From the IMG/VR virus record IMGVR_UViG_3300049893_003686: a stretch of DNA of 64,000 nt, one strand, 5' to 3'. The notes under the pieces are model-generated. The model worked only from the letters and a program-made list of their open reading frames with translations, had not been told where the DNA came from and did no database searches. The translations under genes and the position numbers were made by a program. Of this stretch, positions 42,617 to 50,662 are shown piece after piece. Within the stretch, counting starts at the first letter, position 1; every line of letters starts with the position of its first letter. Origin of the DNA: a virus.

Positions 42617-43085
42617 ATTGGAACTATCATTAATTGATGATCCGCTCTTTGCATGTGCAGCAATATCAATTAAGGATGGTAATGTTGTACTTACCATTAA
42701 TCAAAGAAAATTCGATCTTTTAACTCAAGATGAGATGGTCGCTGTTATGGCCCATGAGATAGGACATCTTATATTAGGTCACCTATCTCATCGTACAATT
42801 CATGCTAATGATAGATTTATCATTAGCTTAGCTCAAGATTTGGCATTAAATTCTGGACTCGAACAATCATATACGCTGCCAAAGTGGTTTGTCACAGCAG
42901 AAAAGCTAAAGTTACCGCCTATGCTATCTACAGAGCAATACATAGAGCTACTTAGCCTTGATAATCAGTATGAGCTTAAAAAAATAGTTAAGATACCAGA
43001 TATTATAATGAATAGTGATCACGTCTCTAATAAAAAAATACTGAAGTCATTGATAGATAAAGTGCCCATGTCAATTATATTATAA
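42546..43085 (+). CDS. Putative zinc metallopeptidase (HExxH)
   Basis: VAVMAHEIGHLILGH. The start is uncertain: 42546 overlaps the upstream ORF by 71 nt. Confidence 0.55.
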   Translation: MKLINKILMSLIEKEPSLEKIIHELELSLIDDPLFACAAISIKDGNVVLTINQRKFDLLTQDEMVAVMAHEIGHLILGHLSHRTIHANDRFIISLAQDLALNSGLEQSYTLPKWFVTAEKLKLPPMLSTEQYIELLSLDNQYELKKIVKIPDIIMNSDHVSNKKILKSLIDKVPMSIIL

Positions 43086-43097
43086 TAAACAACTATA

Positions 43098-43340
43098 ATG
43101 TTTATGATGACAGCAAAAATATCTCTCGATGCAGATAGCAATCTCGTCATCAGTATGGATGATTACCCAAATAGATATCTTAGCGACTCATTAATTAAAC
43201 TGTCTATAGATAATAAAACATTCTCCGCTCCATCAGGATCAAGTCCTCAGAATCCTTGGAGTTGGAGATTTGCACAACAATTCAAACCAGCTCTTCTTTC
43301 TTTGTTAGAAAAGCATAAGATTGCAATAGAATATTTGTGA
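43098..43340 (+). CDS. Hypothetical protein
   Basis: 80-aa ORF. Confidence 0.55.
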   Translation: MFMMTAKISLDADSNLVISMDDYPNRYLSDSLIKLSIDNKTFSAPSGSSPQNPWSWRFAQQFKPALLSLLEKHKIAIEYL

Positions 43341-43825
43341 TGTCAAGCAGACCTGATTGGGATCAGTATTTTCTTAACTTAGCTGCAGCTGCAGCCACTC
43401 GTGCTACATGTGATCGGGCTAAAGTGGGCTGTGTTCTGGTAAGAGATAACAGGATTATCTCTACGGGATACAATGCATCTATTAGCGGGCATGCACATTG
43501 CGACGATGCTGGGCATATAATTGTGAATAATTCATGCATACGAGCTGCTCATGCGGAAGAGAATGCAGTTATTACGGCAGCTAAATTCGGCACATCAATT
43601 GCTGATACGACCGCATATACTACACATTTTCCGTGCTGGAGATGCTTTAGGATGCTAGCAAATGCCGGGATTACGCGTATAGTATTCTTAAATATTAAAA
43701 TTAGTGATATGACGGCCGAGATACTAGACGAGTATCTCGCATCTTCAATAATGATCGAGAATGGTGAAGGTGCAACCTTGACCGATTTAAAACAAGTTAT
43801 CATTCAACAGATATCTAATAGATAA
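43337..43825 (+). CDS. dCMP deaminase (ComEB/Dcd-type)
   Basis: WDQYFLNLA..TCDRAKVGCVLV..HAEENA..PCWRC..GITRIVF. Start is GTG 43337 or ATG 43340. Confidence 0.9.
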   Translation: MMSSRPDWDQYFLNLAAAAATRATCDRAKVGCVLVRDNRIISTGYNASISGHAHCDDAGHIIVNNSCIRAAHAEENAVITAAKFGTSIADTTAYTTHFPCWRCFRMLANAGITRIVFLNIKISDMTAEILDEYLASSIMIENGEGATLTDLKQVIIQQISNR

Positions 43826-43836
43826 GGTAGAAATAA

Positions 43837-44925
43837 GTGGCAGACCAAACAAGCACTGTTCCATCTACAGTTGATTTTGAGCGTGTACTAAAATCTTTAG
43901 GAATTAAAGCAACTGTAGTCTGTGTAGAGATAAACTTTCCGCTTGCAAGGTATCAGATCAGATTAGATCCTAAGACTAGATTATCAAAATTAGAGAGCAT
44001 GGCTGACGATATCGCACTTGCCATGAAGCCACTTGCGCCACCAGTAATTAGACCGGCATTTACGAGCGGCATGGTCATTGCTGAAATGATGTTTGCAGAA
44101 CATCCAATAGTAGAATTTGATTCCATCTTTACTAAGCATGCAAGCGGTAACCTTCCGCTAACCTTAGGAGCTACCGATATAACAACTCCGCTTGTTATTG
44201 ATCTAACAAAGATGCCGCACCTGATAATTGCCGGAACTACAGGCAGTGGGAAAAGCATGTTACTACATGCCATTATTACATCAATAATTAGACTATATTC
44301 AGATATAGGAATTAAACTAGCCCTTCTAGATCCTAAGCTAGTAGAATTTGCAAGATATACGGATCACAACTCGTTACTATACTCAGTTATTAATGAGCCA
44401 GAACAGGCGATTGAGATGCTGGATGATTTAAGAGAAGAGATGAATAACAGATATAGGGTTTTTCAAAAGTTTAACTGCAGGGATATATCAGAATATAGAG
44501 TTAAATTTAAAAAAATACCATATATAGTATTAGTAATAGATGAGCTAGCTGACTTGATGCGTATCAAGGGTTTTGAAAAAGGCCTATGTGAAATAGCTCA
44601 AAAGAGTCGTGCCGCCGGCATACATATAGTAGCTGCTACACAGCACCCGTCATCAAAAGTATTGACCGGAGAAATCAGAGCAAACTTTCCAAGTAAAATA
44701 GCGTGCAAAGTAGCCACTCAAGTGCACTCTCGGGTTGTTCTAGATAGAAGCGGCGCAGAGAATTTACTGGGTAAAGGAGATGCTATTTTACTTGACGAAG
44801 CCGGGAATTCATTTAGATTTAGGGGAGCCTATGTTCCAAATGAAAAGCGTAATATAATAAATAAGGGGCCACATAATAAAGAGACTATACTTACCAAATT
44901 AGTCAAGGCCATGTCAAAGAAGTGA
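43837..44925 (+). CDS. FtsK/SpoIIIE-family DNA translocase ATPase
   Basis: Walker A IIAGTTGSGKS, Walker B LVIDELADL, and the ..IHIVAATQHPS.. block. GTG start. Confidence 0.85.
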   Translation: MADQTSTVPSTVDFERVLKSLGIKATVVCVEINFPLARYQIRLDPKTRLSKLESMADDIALAMKPLAPPVIRPAFTSGMVIAEMMFAEHPIVEFDSIFTKHASGNLPLTLGATDITTPLVIDLTKMPHLIIAGTTGSGKSMLLHAIITSIIRLYSDIGIKLALLDPKLVEFARYTDHNSLLYSVINEPEQAIEMLDDLREEMNNRYRVFQKFNCRDISEYRVKFKKIPYIVLVIDELADLMRIKGFEKGLCEIAQKSRAAGIHIVAATQHPSSKVLTGEIRANFPSKIACKVATQVHSRVVLDRSGAENLLGKGDAILLDEAGNSFRFRGAYVPNEKRNIINKGPHNKETILTKLVKAMSKK

Positions 44926-44958
44926 TTGAATTAATTAACTTCATACAAAGCCGCCGTT

Positions 44959-45318
44959 CTACATAGAACGTTTCGGACGCATTGATACTGTGCCGATTGG
45001 TTTTGAAGGAGCGTCTTCGCGGCCCTTCTCTAGAATGCTACGAAGCAGTTCTTCATATTCAGGACTAAGAGATTCAGCCGTAGGATCAGGCTCTCCAGGA
45101 ACCTTGCCAAAAACTAAGTCAACATCGTCTTCTCTAGAAGCTTGTTTGGTTGTAGTGCCGATTAGGCTCAGTAAGCGCGTACGGATATCTTCAATGCGGC
45201 CATCTTCGGTCAACTGACCTGTATTTACGGGGTTATTTATAGCTGAAGGCGGAAGAGGCAGATCAGTGGTGTCAGCGGCAGTGACTAAAAATTTATAAAG
45301 CTCGTTTTTAGAGATCAT
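44959..45318 (-). CDS. Hypothetical protein
   Basis: 119-aa minus-strand ORF with AAGGAG upstream on the minus strand. Confidence 0.55.
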   Translation of the reverse strand: MISKNELYKFLVTAADTTDLPLPPSAINNPVNTGQLTEDGRIEDIRTRLLSLIGTTTKQASREDDVDLVFGKVPGEPDPTAESLSPEYEELLRSILEKGREDAPSKPIGTVSMRPKRSM

Positions 45319-45359
45319 CTATATACTCCTTGTGTTAATATAGATAAATTAGTATTAGA

Positions 45360-45857
45360 ATGGAGTCAAAAATGACCGATGCTCAGTTATCAGATTCAGA
45401 TTCACGTAGAATAACAGTTATGCGTGGCGTAAAAGAAGGTGCACTTAAAAGTGTTGTTGATAAATTAGTGCATACGATGTCAGACCCAGTCTGTCAAGCA
45501 ATTATGCCAAAGTTTAAAGAAACTTTTCCTCAGGGAGGGCACATGCTTGAGCCGGCTGTTAAAGTCGCCCTAGAATTTGCTTTTATTATGGGGATCGCAG
45601 AGCTCATGCTATTCGCTGCTCCAACAGCATCTAGAATAATTCCTACAACCTCTCCAGAAGAGATGACCAAAAAGAGTCAGCTACTGGCGACATGGATGCG
45701 CAAATATGCTGGTGAGCGCGTAGGAGAGCAGCTTGTTGAAGCGGCATTGGCAGTATTTCCCATGGTAATGACTCAGTTTAGTGAAATTAGCTCTACTGAT
45801 GTGGCGGAAATTCTTGGAGAATCAACAGTTGAGCTAGCTGGCTCTGAGCGAAAATAA
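45360..45857 (+). CDS. Hypothetical protein, paralog family member 1
   Basis: Aligns along its whole length with 47280..47786 (RGVKEGALKS/RGVKQGMLKS; EPAVKVALEFAF/DPAVKSLLEFAL; YAGERVGEQLVEAA/YSGEKLGEQAVDAA). Confidence 0.65.
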   Translation: MESKMTDAQLSDSDSRRITVMRGVKEGALKSVVDKLVHTMSDPVCQAIMPKFKETFPQGGHMLEPAVKVALEFAFIMGIAELMLFAAPTASRIIPTTSPEEMTKKSQLLATWMRKYAGERVGEQLVEAALAVFPMVMTQFSEISSTDVAEILGESTVELAGSERK

Positions 45858-45894
45858 GCGGATGTCTAAACGCTGTTAGCAAGTACTAGTACTG

Positions 45895-46209
45895 ATGACG
45901 CATTCGGGCGTCAAACAACATATGCATTTTGCATTCGGAGTAGTGATGAAGTCAAAGGTTAGTACTTTCGATCTCGCCGTATCTCAGGTTCGCGCGGCGA
46001 TTCGCCGTCGACTGCGGCGTGAGCGCACAATTAGTGCGCTAAATATAGCGAACGTAGCGCTCTCAGTCAAGGGCGCCCGGCGCGGTGCTGTCGTACGTAC
46101 AGCATTTCGCCAACTTGAATCAGAGGGGGTGATTGAACCGACTGCCGAACAGGCATATAATGAACGTAATCGACATTACGTTACAGTATATAGTCGGAAA
46201 GGTCGCTAA
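45895..46209 (+). CDS. Hypothetical Arg-rich protein, possibly a winged-helix DNA binder; locally GC-rich
   Basis: ..RGAVVRTAFRQLESEGVIEP.. resembles a wHTH wing. The composition is visibly more GC-rich than its neighbours. Alternative ATG at 45946. Confidence 0.55.
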   Translation: MTHSGVKQHMHFAFGVVMKSKVSTFDLAVSQVRAAIRRRLRRERTISALNIANVALSVKGARRGAVVRTAFRQLESEGVIEPTAEQAYNERNRHYVTVYSRKGR

Positions 46210-46214
46210 GAATT

Positions 46215-46244
46215 ATTCCCGCCGCAAGGCGGGAATTTCATTTG
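46215..46244 (+). terminator. Rho-independent terminator
   Basis: 9-bp GC-rich stem ATTCCCGCC-gcaa-GGCGGGAAT followed by TTCATTTG. Confidence 0.75.
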
Positions 46245-46354
46245 TGTTAGTATGTTGACCCGGTCTACATATGATGTAGGTCAGGTCACCAGATAGGTGA
46301 TGATAGTAGTTGGATAAGAATAACGTCAATACGACACTTACAAAAGGTACGGAA

Positions 46355-46690
46355 ATGCAAAAGTTAAGCCTACATACCAAACTTCGTTCATTGTTAGAAT
46401 TAGGGAGCCTGCATCTTAGGCAAGACCCTGATTTGGGGCATGTGCTCACCGGCGAAGGCAGTTACTATATGGGCGACGATAAGGTGGAGATTTTAGCAAA
46501 TTTTCACGGCACATTGCCAGGTGATGCTGACATTACATTTTCTGCTCCAAGCGATGTAGCGTGGATTCCAAGGACAGGAGTTATTGTAGCATTCGCATTG
46601 GCAGAAGACGAGCCATTTGAGATCATGCCTGCACCTCTACGAGATGTGGTCTCTAAGTTTAAACAGAAGCAAAGTTCATCACTTAACTGA
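46355..46690 (+). CDS. Hypothetical protein
   Basis: ATG at 46355; the track's start is TTG 46310. Confidence 0.5.
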   Translation: MQKLSLHTKLRSLLELGSLHLRQDPDLGHVLTGEGSYYMGDDKVEILANFHGTLPGDADITFSAPSDVAWIPRTGVIVAFALAEDEPFEIMPAPLRDVVSKFKQKQSSSLN

Positions 46691-46702
46691 AAGGGTATAT
46701 TT

Positions 46703-47038
46703 ATGAATTCAACACAAGATTCACAAGTCAAGAAATTCTTAAAGCAAGTTGGAAATATCGTTGCCGTACAGGCCGTTGCAGGAGCAGTTACAGAGTTAGG
46801 CAAAAAGGTTTGGCCGAAGGCAAAGGAAAAGCTTAATTTTGTACTAGACAAGGCTGAGGAATTACAGAAGGCCAAAGAGATGCGTCAAGGTTTAAATGAT
46901 CTTGTTAAGGATACAACATCGCATTATAAGCGAGTGCGTAAAGTTAGTAAAGAGGACCTTGCTGCACAATTAGATGCTCAGCTATCAGAAGATCCGCCAG
47001 TAGATGCAACTTTTGCAGAGGATAGTAGCAGTGAGTAA
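46703..47038 (+). CDS. Hypothetical protein
   Basis: 111-aa ORF. Confidence 0.55.
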   Translation: MNSTQDSQVKKFLKQVGNIVAVQAVAGAVTELGKKVWPKAKEKLNFVLDKAEELQKAKEMRQGLNDLVKDTTSHYKRVRKVSKEDLAAQLDAQLSEDPPVDATFAEDSSSE

Positions 47039-47255
47039 AGCAGATAAGATTGAATTTGAAGGCGTTGTAATAGACGTTTGTAAGGATAAATTCAGAGTTG
47101 AGGTTGCTCAGCAAAGCGGCACCCTTATTGTGATATGTACACCATCAGGCAAGATGCGTCAAAATTCAATTAAAATTGTGCCAGGAGATATGGTAGATGT
47201 AGAAGTATCTCCATATGATTTAAGTCGCGGTAGAATCATCTATAGGGCTAAGTGA
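47031..47255 (+). CDS. infA: Translation initiation factor IF-1
   Basis: ..[52 protein letters not shown] aligns with E. coli IF1 (..[53 protein letters not shown]). GTG 47031 overlaps the upstream stop, with GAGGA 8 nt upstream. Confidence 0.9.
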   Translation: MSKADKIEFEGVVIDVCKDKFRVEVAQQSGTLIVICTPSGKMRQNSIKIVPGDMVDVEVSPYDLSRGRIIYRAK

Positions 47256-47279
47256 TATATTTTTAGCATAGGAGAATTT

Positions 47280-47786
47280 ATGGCAGGTGTTCCAAAGGAG
47301 AAGATTGTGAAAGTTGTTAAAGAAAAGCGTACCAGTCAGGTTGCGCGTGGCGTAAAGCAAGGTATGCTAAAAAGTACACTTGATCGCTTCGTAGATCAAC
47401 TCATTACCCCAATTACAGATAGTATCACGCCTAAGCTACATGAGTTTCATCCGGGATTGCGGTTAGCCGATCCTGCAGTAAAATCATTGTTAGAATTTGC
47501 ATTACTTAATGCTATTGCTGAAATTCTAGATGTAGGAGGCCCTTTGATTGCTAAGGCTCCTGGCATTTCTTTATCCAAAGATGAAGCCTCAGCTAAAGCG
47601 CAAGCTCTATCATTATGGATCCGGAATTACTCAGGTGAAAAACTAGGGGAGCAGGCTGTCGATGCAGCAATACAACTCACTCCACTGTTTAAAGATCTAT
47701 TAGTTCAAACCGATCTAGGCGAACTACTTAACGCTGCTGATCTAACATCAGAAGAGCACGTTGAAGAGAAGTCGCTATTATCATAG
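47280..47786 (+). CDS. Hypothetical protein, paralog family member 2
   Basis: See 45360..45857. GGAGAA SD. Confidence 0.65.
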   Translation: MAGVPKEKIVKVVKEKRTSQVARGVKQGMLKSTLDRFVDQLITPITDSITPKLHEFHPGLRLADPAVKSLLEFALLNAIAEILDVGGPLIAKAPGISLSKDEASAKAQALSLWIRNYSGEKLGEQAVDAAIQLTPLFKDLLVQTDLGELLNAADLTSEEHVEEKSLLS

Positions 47787-47796
47787 GTATAAATAT

Positions 47797-47997
47797 ATGG
47801 CAAGAAAAACTTTAACAGAAAAGGTAGTAGATATATTTATTTCTACTATTGCACGTGACATTAGCAAAACAGCACTTAAGAAAATCAAGGGTTCGTTTAC
47901 GTCAAGCGCGGTTTCCCGTAAGCGCTTGCGAAAAAATACAGAATATCTTGAGCCAACGAATCCTACGGGCGATATTGACGGAGAGCAGAATGTTTAA
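47797..47997 (+). CDS. Hypothetical basic protein
   Basis: ATG at 47797; overlaps the protease start by 8 nt. Confidence 0.45.
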   Translation: MARKTLTEKVVDIFISTIARDISKTALKKIKGSFTSSAVSRKRLRKNTEYLEPTNPTGDIDGEQNV

Positions 47998-49327
47998 CTT
48001 TGGTAAAAAGATGCTATATCTAGCACTATTTTTAGGTCAATCAGCTGCACTTGCATCACCAATTAAATTAATTGTCGACTTTCGCGATGAAGCATCAGAT
48101 AGTGATATTTCAGATACAGAAGATGATTTAGGAATAAAGCTAAATTCAAATTCAAAGATGTTCTCATCTACAAAGATAATGACTGCAATTGTAGATTCTG
48201 ACAATGTAGAAGAGCTAATTCAGAGCATCGAAGATGATTCTGATATTCAAAGTGTTGAAATATCACAAACATATAGGATACTATCTGACGGTGTAGACTT
48301 TGATGTGCCAAACGATCCATTTTTGACTAAGCAACTATGGCATTTTGATATGATCGGACTGCAACAAGCCTGGCGTCATACTACAGGAAAGGGTGCAGTA
48401 GTAGCGGTATTGGATACTGGAGTTTCAGGACCACATAGCAAATTCCCGCAGGTACCAGATTTAAAAGATACCTGCTTTGTTCCTGGCTATAACTTTGCAG
48501 ATAATACGTCAGATCCATATGATGCTCAAAGTCACGGTACGCATGTAGCATCGACTATCGCTGAGAGTACAAATAATTCTTTGGGTGGAGTAGGTATTGC
48601 ATTTGGCGCATGCATTATGCCAGTTAAGGTACTAAATGACTACGGCAGTGGCAGTACAGAGGACATTGCTGAAGGAATCAGATTTGCAGCAGACAACGGA
48701 GCACATATCATTAATATGTCTCTTGGTGGCGGAGGATATAGCCAGGTAATGCAAGATGCGATAGACTATGCTGTAGATAAAAATGTTTTAATATTTTGTG
48801 CTGCTGGTAATTCTGGGCGTGATCGGATCGAATATCCTGCAGGTATGGAAGGCTGTTTGGCGATATCATCGGTCGGACCAGATCAAAAACTAGCGCCATA
48901 TTCATCGCATGGACGAGATGCCAATGATCAAGAAGGGCTATTCTTAGCTGCTCCTGGTGGAAATATGATGGACTTTGGGCCAGACGGTGGTGTATGGCAA
49001 TCTACAATTAATCCTGATGATCCATATACATGGGGTATGTTTCCATATCAAGGGACTTCTATGGCTACGCCAATGGCTGCAGGGTCAGCAGCATTATTAG
49101 TATCATTACTAGGTCCAGGTGTAGATAGGGAAGAAGTCATTAAACTGATGTCCTCTACAGCATTAGATGTTGATGATGAGTATAAGTATGGTGCAGGAAT
49201 ATTAAATGTTGGGGCTGCAGTTGAAGAGGCAAAGGGTAAGGGTGTAACACGCAATTCCGTGATGATGGCAATGGTGCTCTTTGTATTGTTTGCTATATTT
49301 GTTGCCGGCAAAAAGGTGTTCGGGTAG
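47990..49327 (+). CDS. Subtilisin-like (S8) serine protease with a signal peptide and a C-terminal TM anchor
   Basis: Catalytic triad blocks VAVLDTGV, SHGTHVAS and GTSMATPMAAG. The N-terminal MFNFGKKMLYLALFLGQSAALA is the signal, and the C-terminal VMMAMVLFVLFAIFVAG is the anchor. Confidence 0.9.
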   Translation: MFNFGKKMLYLALFLGQSAALASPIKLIVDFRDEASDSDISDTEDDLGIKLNSNSKMFSSTKIMTAIVDSDNVEELIQSIEDDSDIQSVEISQTYRILSDGVDFDVPNDPFLTKQLWHFDMIGLQQAWRHTTGKGAVVAVLDTGVSGPHSKFPQVPDLKDTCFVPGYNFADNTSDPYDAQSHGTHVASTIAESTNNSLGGVGIAFGACIMPVKVLNDYGSGSTEDIAEGIRFAADNGAHIINMSLGGGGYSQVMQDAIDYAVDKNVLIFCAAGNSGRDRIEYPAGMEGCLAISSVGPDQKLAPYSSHGRDANDQEGLFLAAPGGNMMDFGPDGGVWQSTINPDDPYTWGMFPYQGTSMATPMAAGSAALLVSLLGPGVDREEVIKLMSSTALDVDDEYKYGAGILNVGAAVEEAKGKGVTRNSVMMAMVLFVLFAIFVAGKKVFG

Positions 49328-49333
49328 GTACTT

Positions 49334-50161
49334 ATGATAAACACTATACCAGCAGAGCTGACTGAAGAATTATTTATAGAGCTTGAGCCAGCTCTTGCTG
49401 GTATAGCAGCGAAATTAGGTACAGCAGATCCGGCGGGAGAGGCTAGATCTTGGTATGCTAGATTTTCGGAAATAATTCAAGCATTTAATTCTGGCAGATT
49501 ACATGGAGAAATTCATAGAGATGATGGTACGATTGAGCAGTTGTCGGACCATCCTACCAAAGAGCAGGTCGCAGCGTTTAAGAAATCGCTCAAAGCATAT
49601 TTGAAAACTTCATTCAAGAACGACTTAAGACAAGCTTATAAGATTAGAAGTAGACATGCCTCACTTTCATCAGATTTAGAACAAAGCAGTATAGAGAAGA
49701 CACTACATCATGATCATAATCTTTCAGAAGAAGAGGTAATTCGATTATCAGATCTCGTCCTATTAATCAAACGAGATGTTGAAAGACAAAGGCGTACGGC
49801 CACGGCAGCAAGAGATCATGCCAATCTACTATTTCTAGTAGCTATGTTAGATTTTCATATGCAACTTATTGCGGATTACGGTGACATGCCAATTGTACGC
49901 GATCTCAGCGCATGTGATCCACGGGAATTTTTCGTATATGATATACGAGAAGGTAGGACTGCAGCAATAAGTAAGAGATTAAAGGAATTATTAGAGAGTG
50001 AGCCTGCAAAGGCAGTGCATTTGTGTAGTAAAAAGCTTTTGTCGCCAGACAAGGGATATTTTACTTTAAATAGAAAGATTTCTAGATATTTTAACGATAA
50101 TTTAGGTGGAATGCCCTTGCGATTAAAAAAGATAAGACTAGAACTTAGTAGCAGTAAGTAA
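49334..50161 (+). CDS. Hypothetical protein
   Basis: 275-aa ORF with no recognised motif. Confidence 0.65.
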   Translation: MINTIPAELTEELFIELEPALAGIAAKLGTADPAGEARSWYARFSEIIQAFNSGRLHGEIHRDDGTIEQLSDHPTKEQVAAFKKSLKAYLKTSFKNDLRQAYKIRSRHASLSSDLEQSSIEKTLHHDHNLSEEEVIRLSDLVLLIKRDVERQRRTATAARDHANLLFLVAMLDFHMQLIADYGDMPIVRDLSACDPREFFVYDIREGRTAAISKRLKELLESEPAKAVHLCSKKLLSPDKGYFTLNRKISRYFNDNLGGMPLRLKKIRLELSSSK

Positions 50162-50166
50162 TATTT

Positions 50167-50349
50167 ATGAATTTCAAATCAGTAGCTACAAAAGCCTTAT
50201 TAGCCTCAATGGTAATTATTATGCCAGGAGGCTTTCTAATTTGGTCAGGAATTGTATCATATAAAGGTATAATGGAGAAAATTAATGCAGTTCGTATTAA
50301 AACTCGCAACGGAAGCGCCGGCCAAAACAAGGACGAAAAATCTACCTGA
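50167..50349 (+). CDS. Small membrane protein
   Basis: 60 aa with a TM core (LLASMVIIMPGGFLIWSGIV). Confidence 0.45.
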   Translation: MNFKSVATKALLASMVIIMPGGFLIWSGIVSYKGIMEKINAVRIKTRNGSAGQNKDEKST

Positions 50350-50611
50350 TATTTCAAATTCTGGACTTGAGCCAGGAGAATATGTTACCGCTGAGGCTCT
50401 AGCAGAAGAATTTAAGATACCCAGAGAATTAGTATTGAGAATATTAGATCATGCCAAGGTCTGGCCTATAGCTAAAGTACTCAATCGTGAACCTTCGGCA
50501 GATGGAATTGGTTTAGGATTACGTAAGGATGGTAGACCGAAAATGGCCTTCGCATCAGCTATAGCAAGAGGGGCGGTAGAATCAGGAATAGAAGCAGTGT
50601 ACGGAAGGTAA
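50285..50611 (+). CDS. Hypothetical protein (possible HTH)
   Basis: 108-aa ORF that overlaps the upstream ORF by 65 nt, so one of the two may be spurious. Confidence 0.5.
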   Translation: MQFVLKLATEAPAKTRTKNLPDISNSGLEPGEYVTAEALAEEFKIPRELVLRILDHAKVWPIAKVLNREPSADGIGLGLRKDGRPKMAFASAIARGAVESGIEAVYGR

Positions 50612-50662
50612 AAATTCCTTACTCACCATTGTATATATTTATATATTCAATACAGGTGAGTT

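Noticed and set aside
46213-46449. 78-aa minus-strand ORF spanning the terminator and the start of 46355..46690
   Set aside because: It would have to read through the terminator hairpin. It has no SD and overlaps a plus-strand ORF that fits the operon layout.
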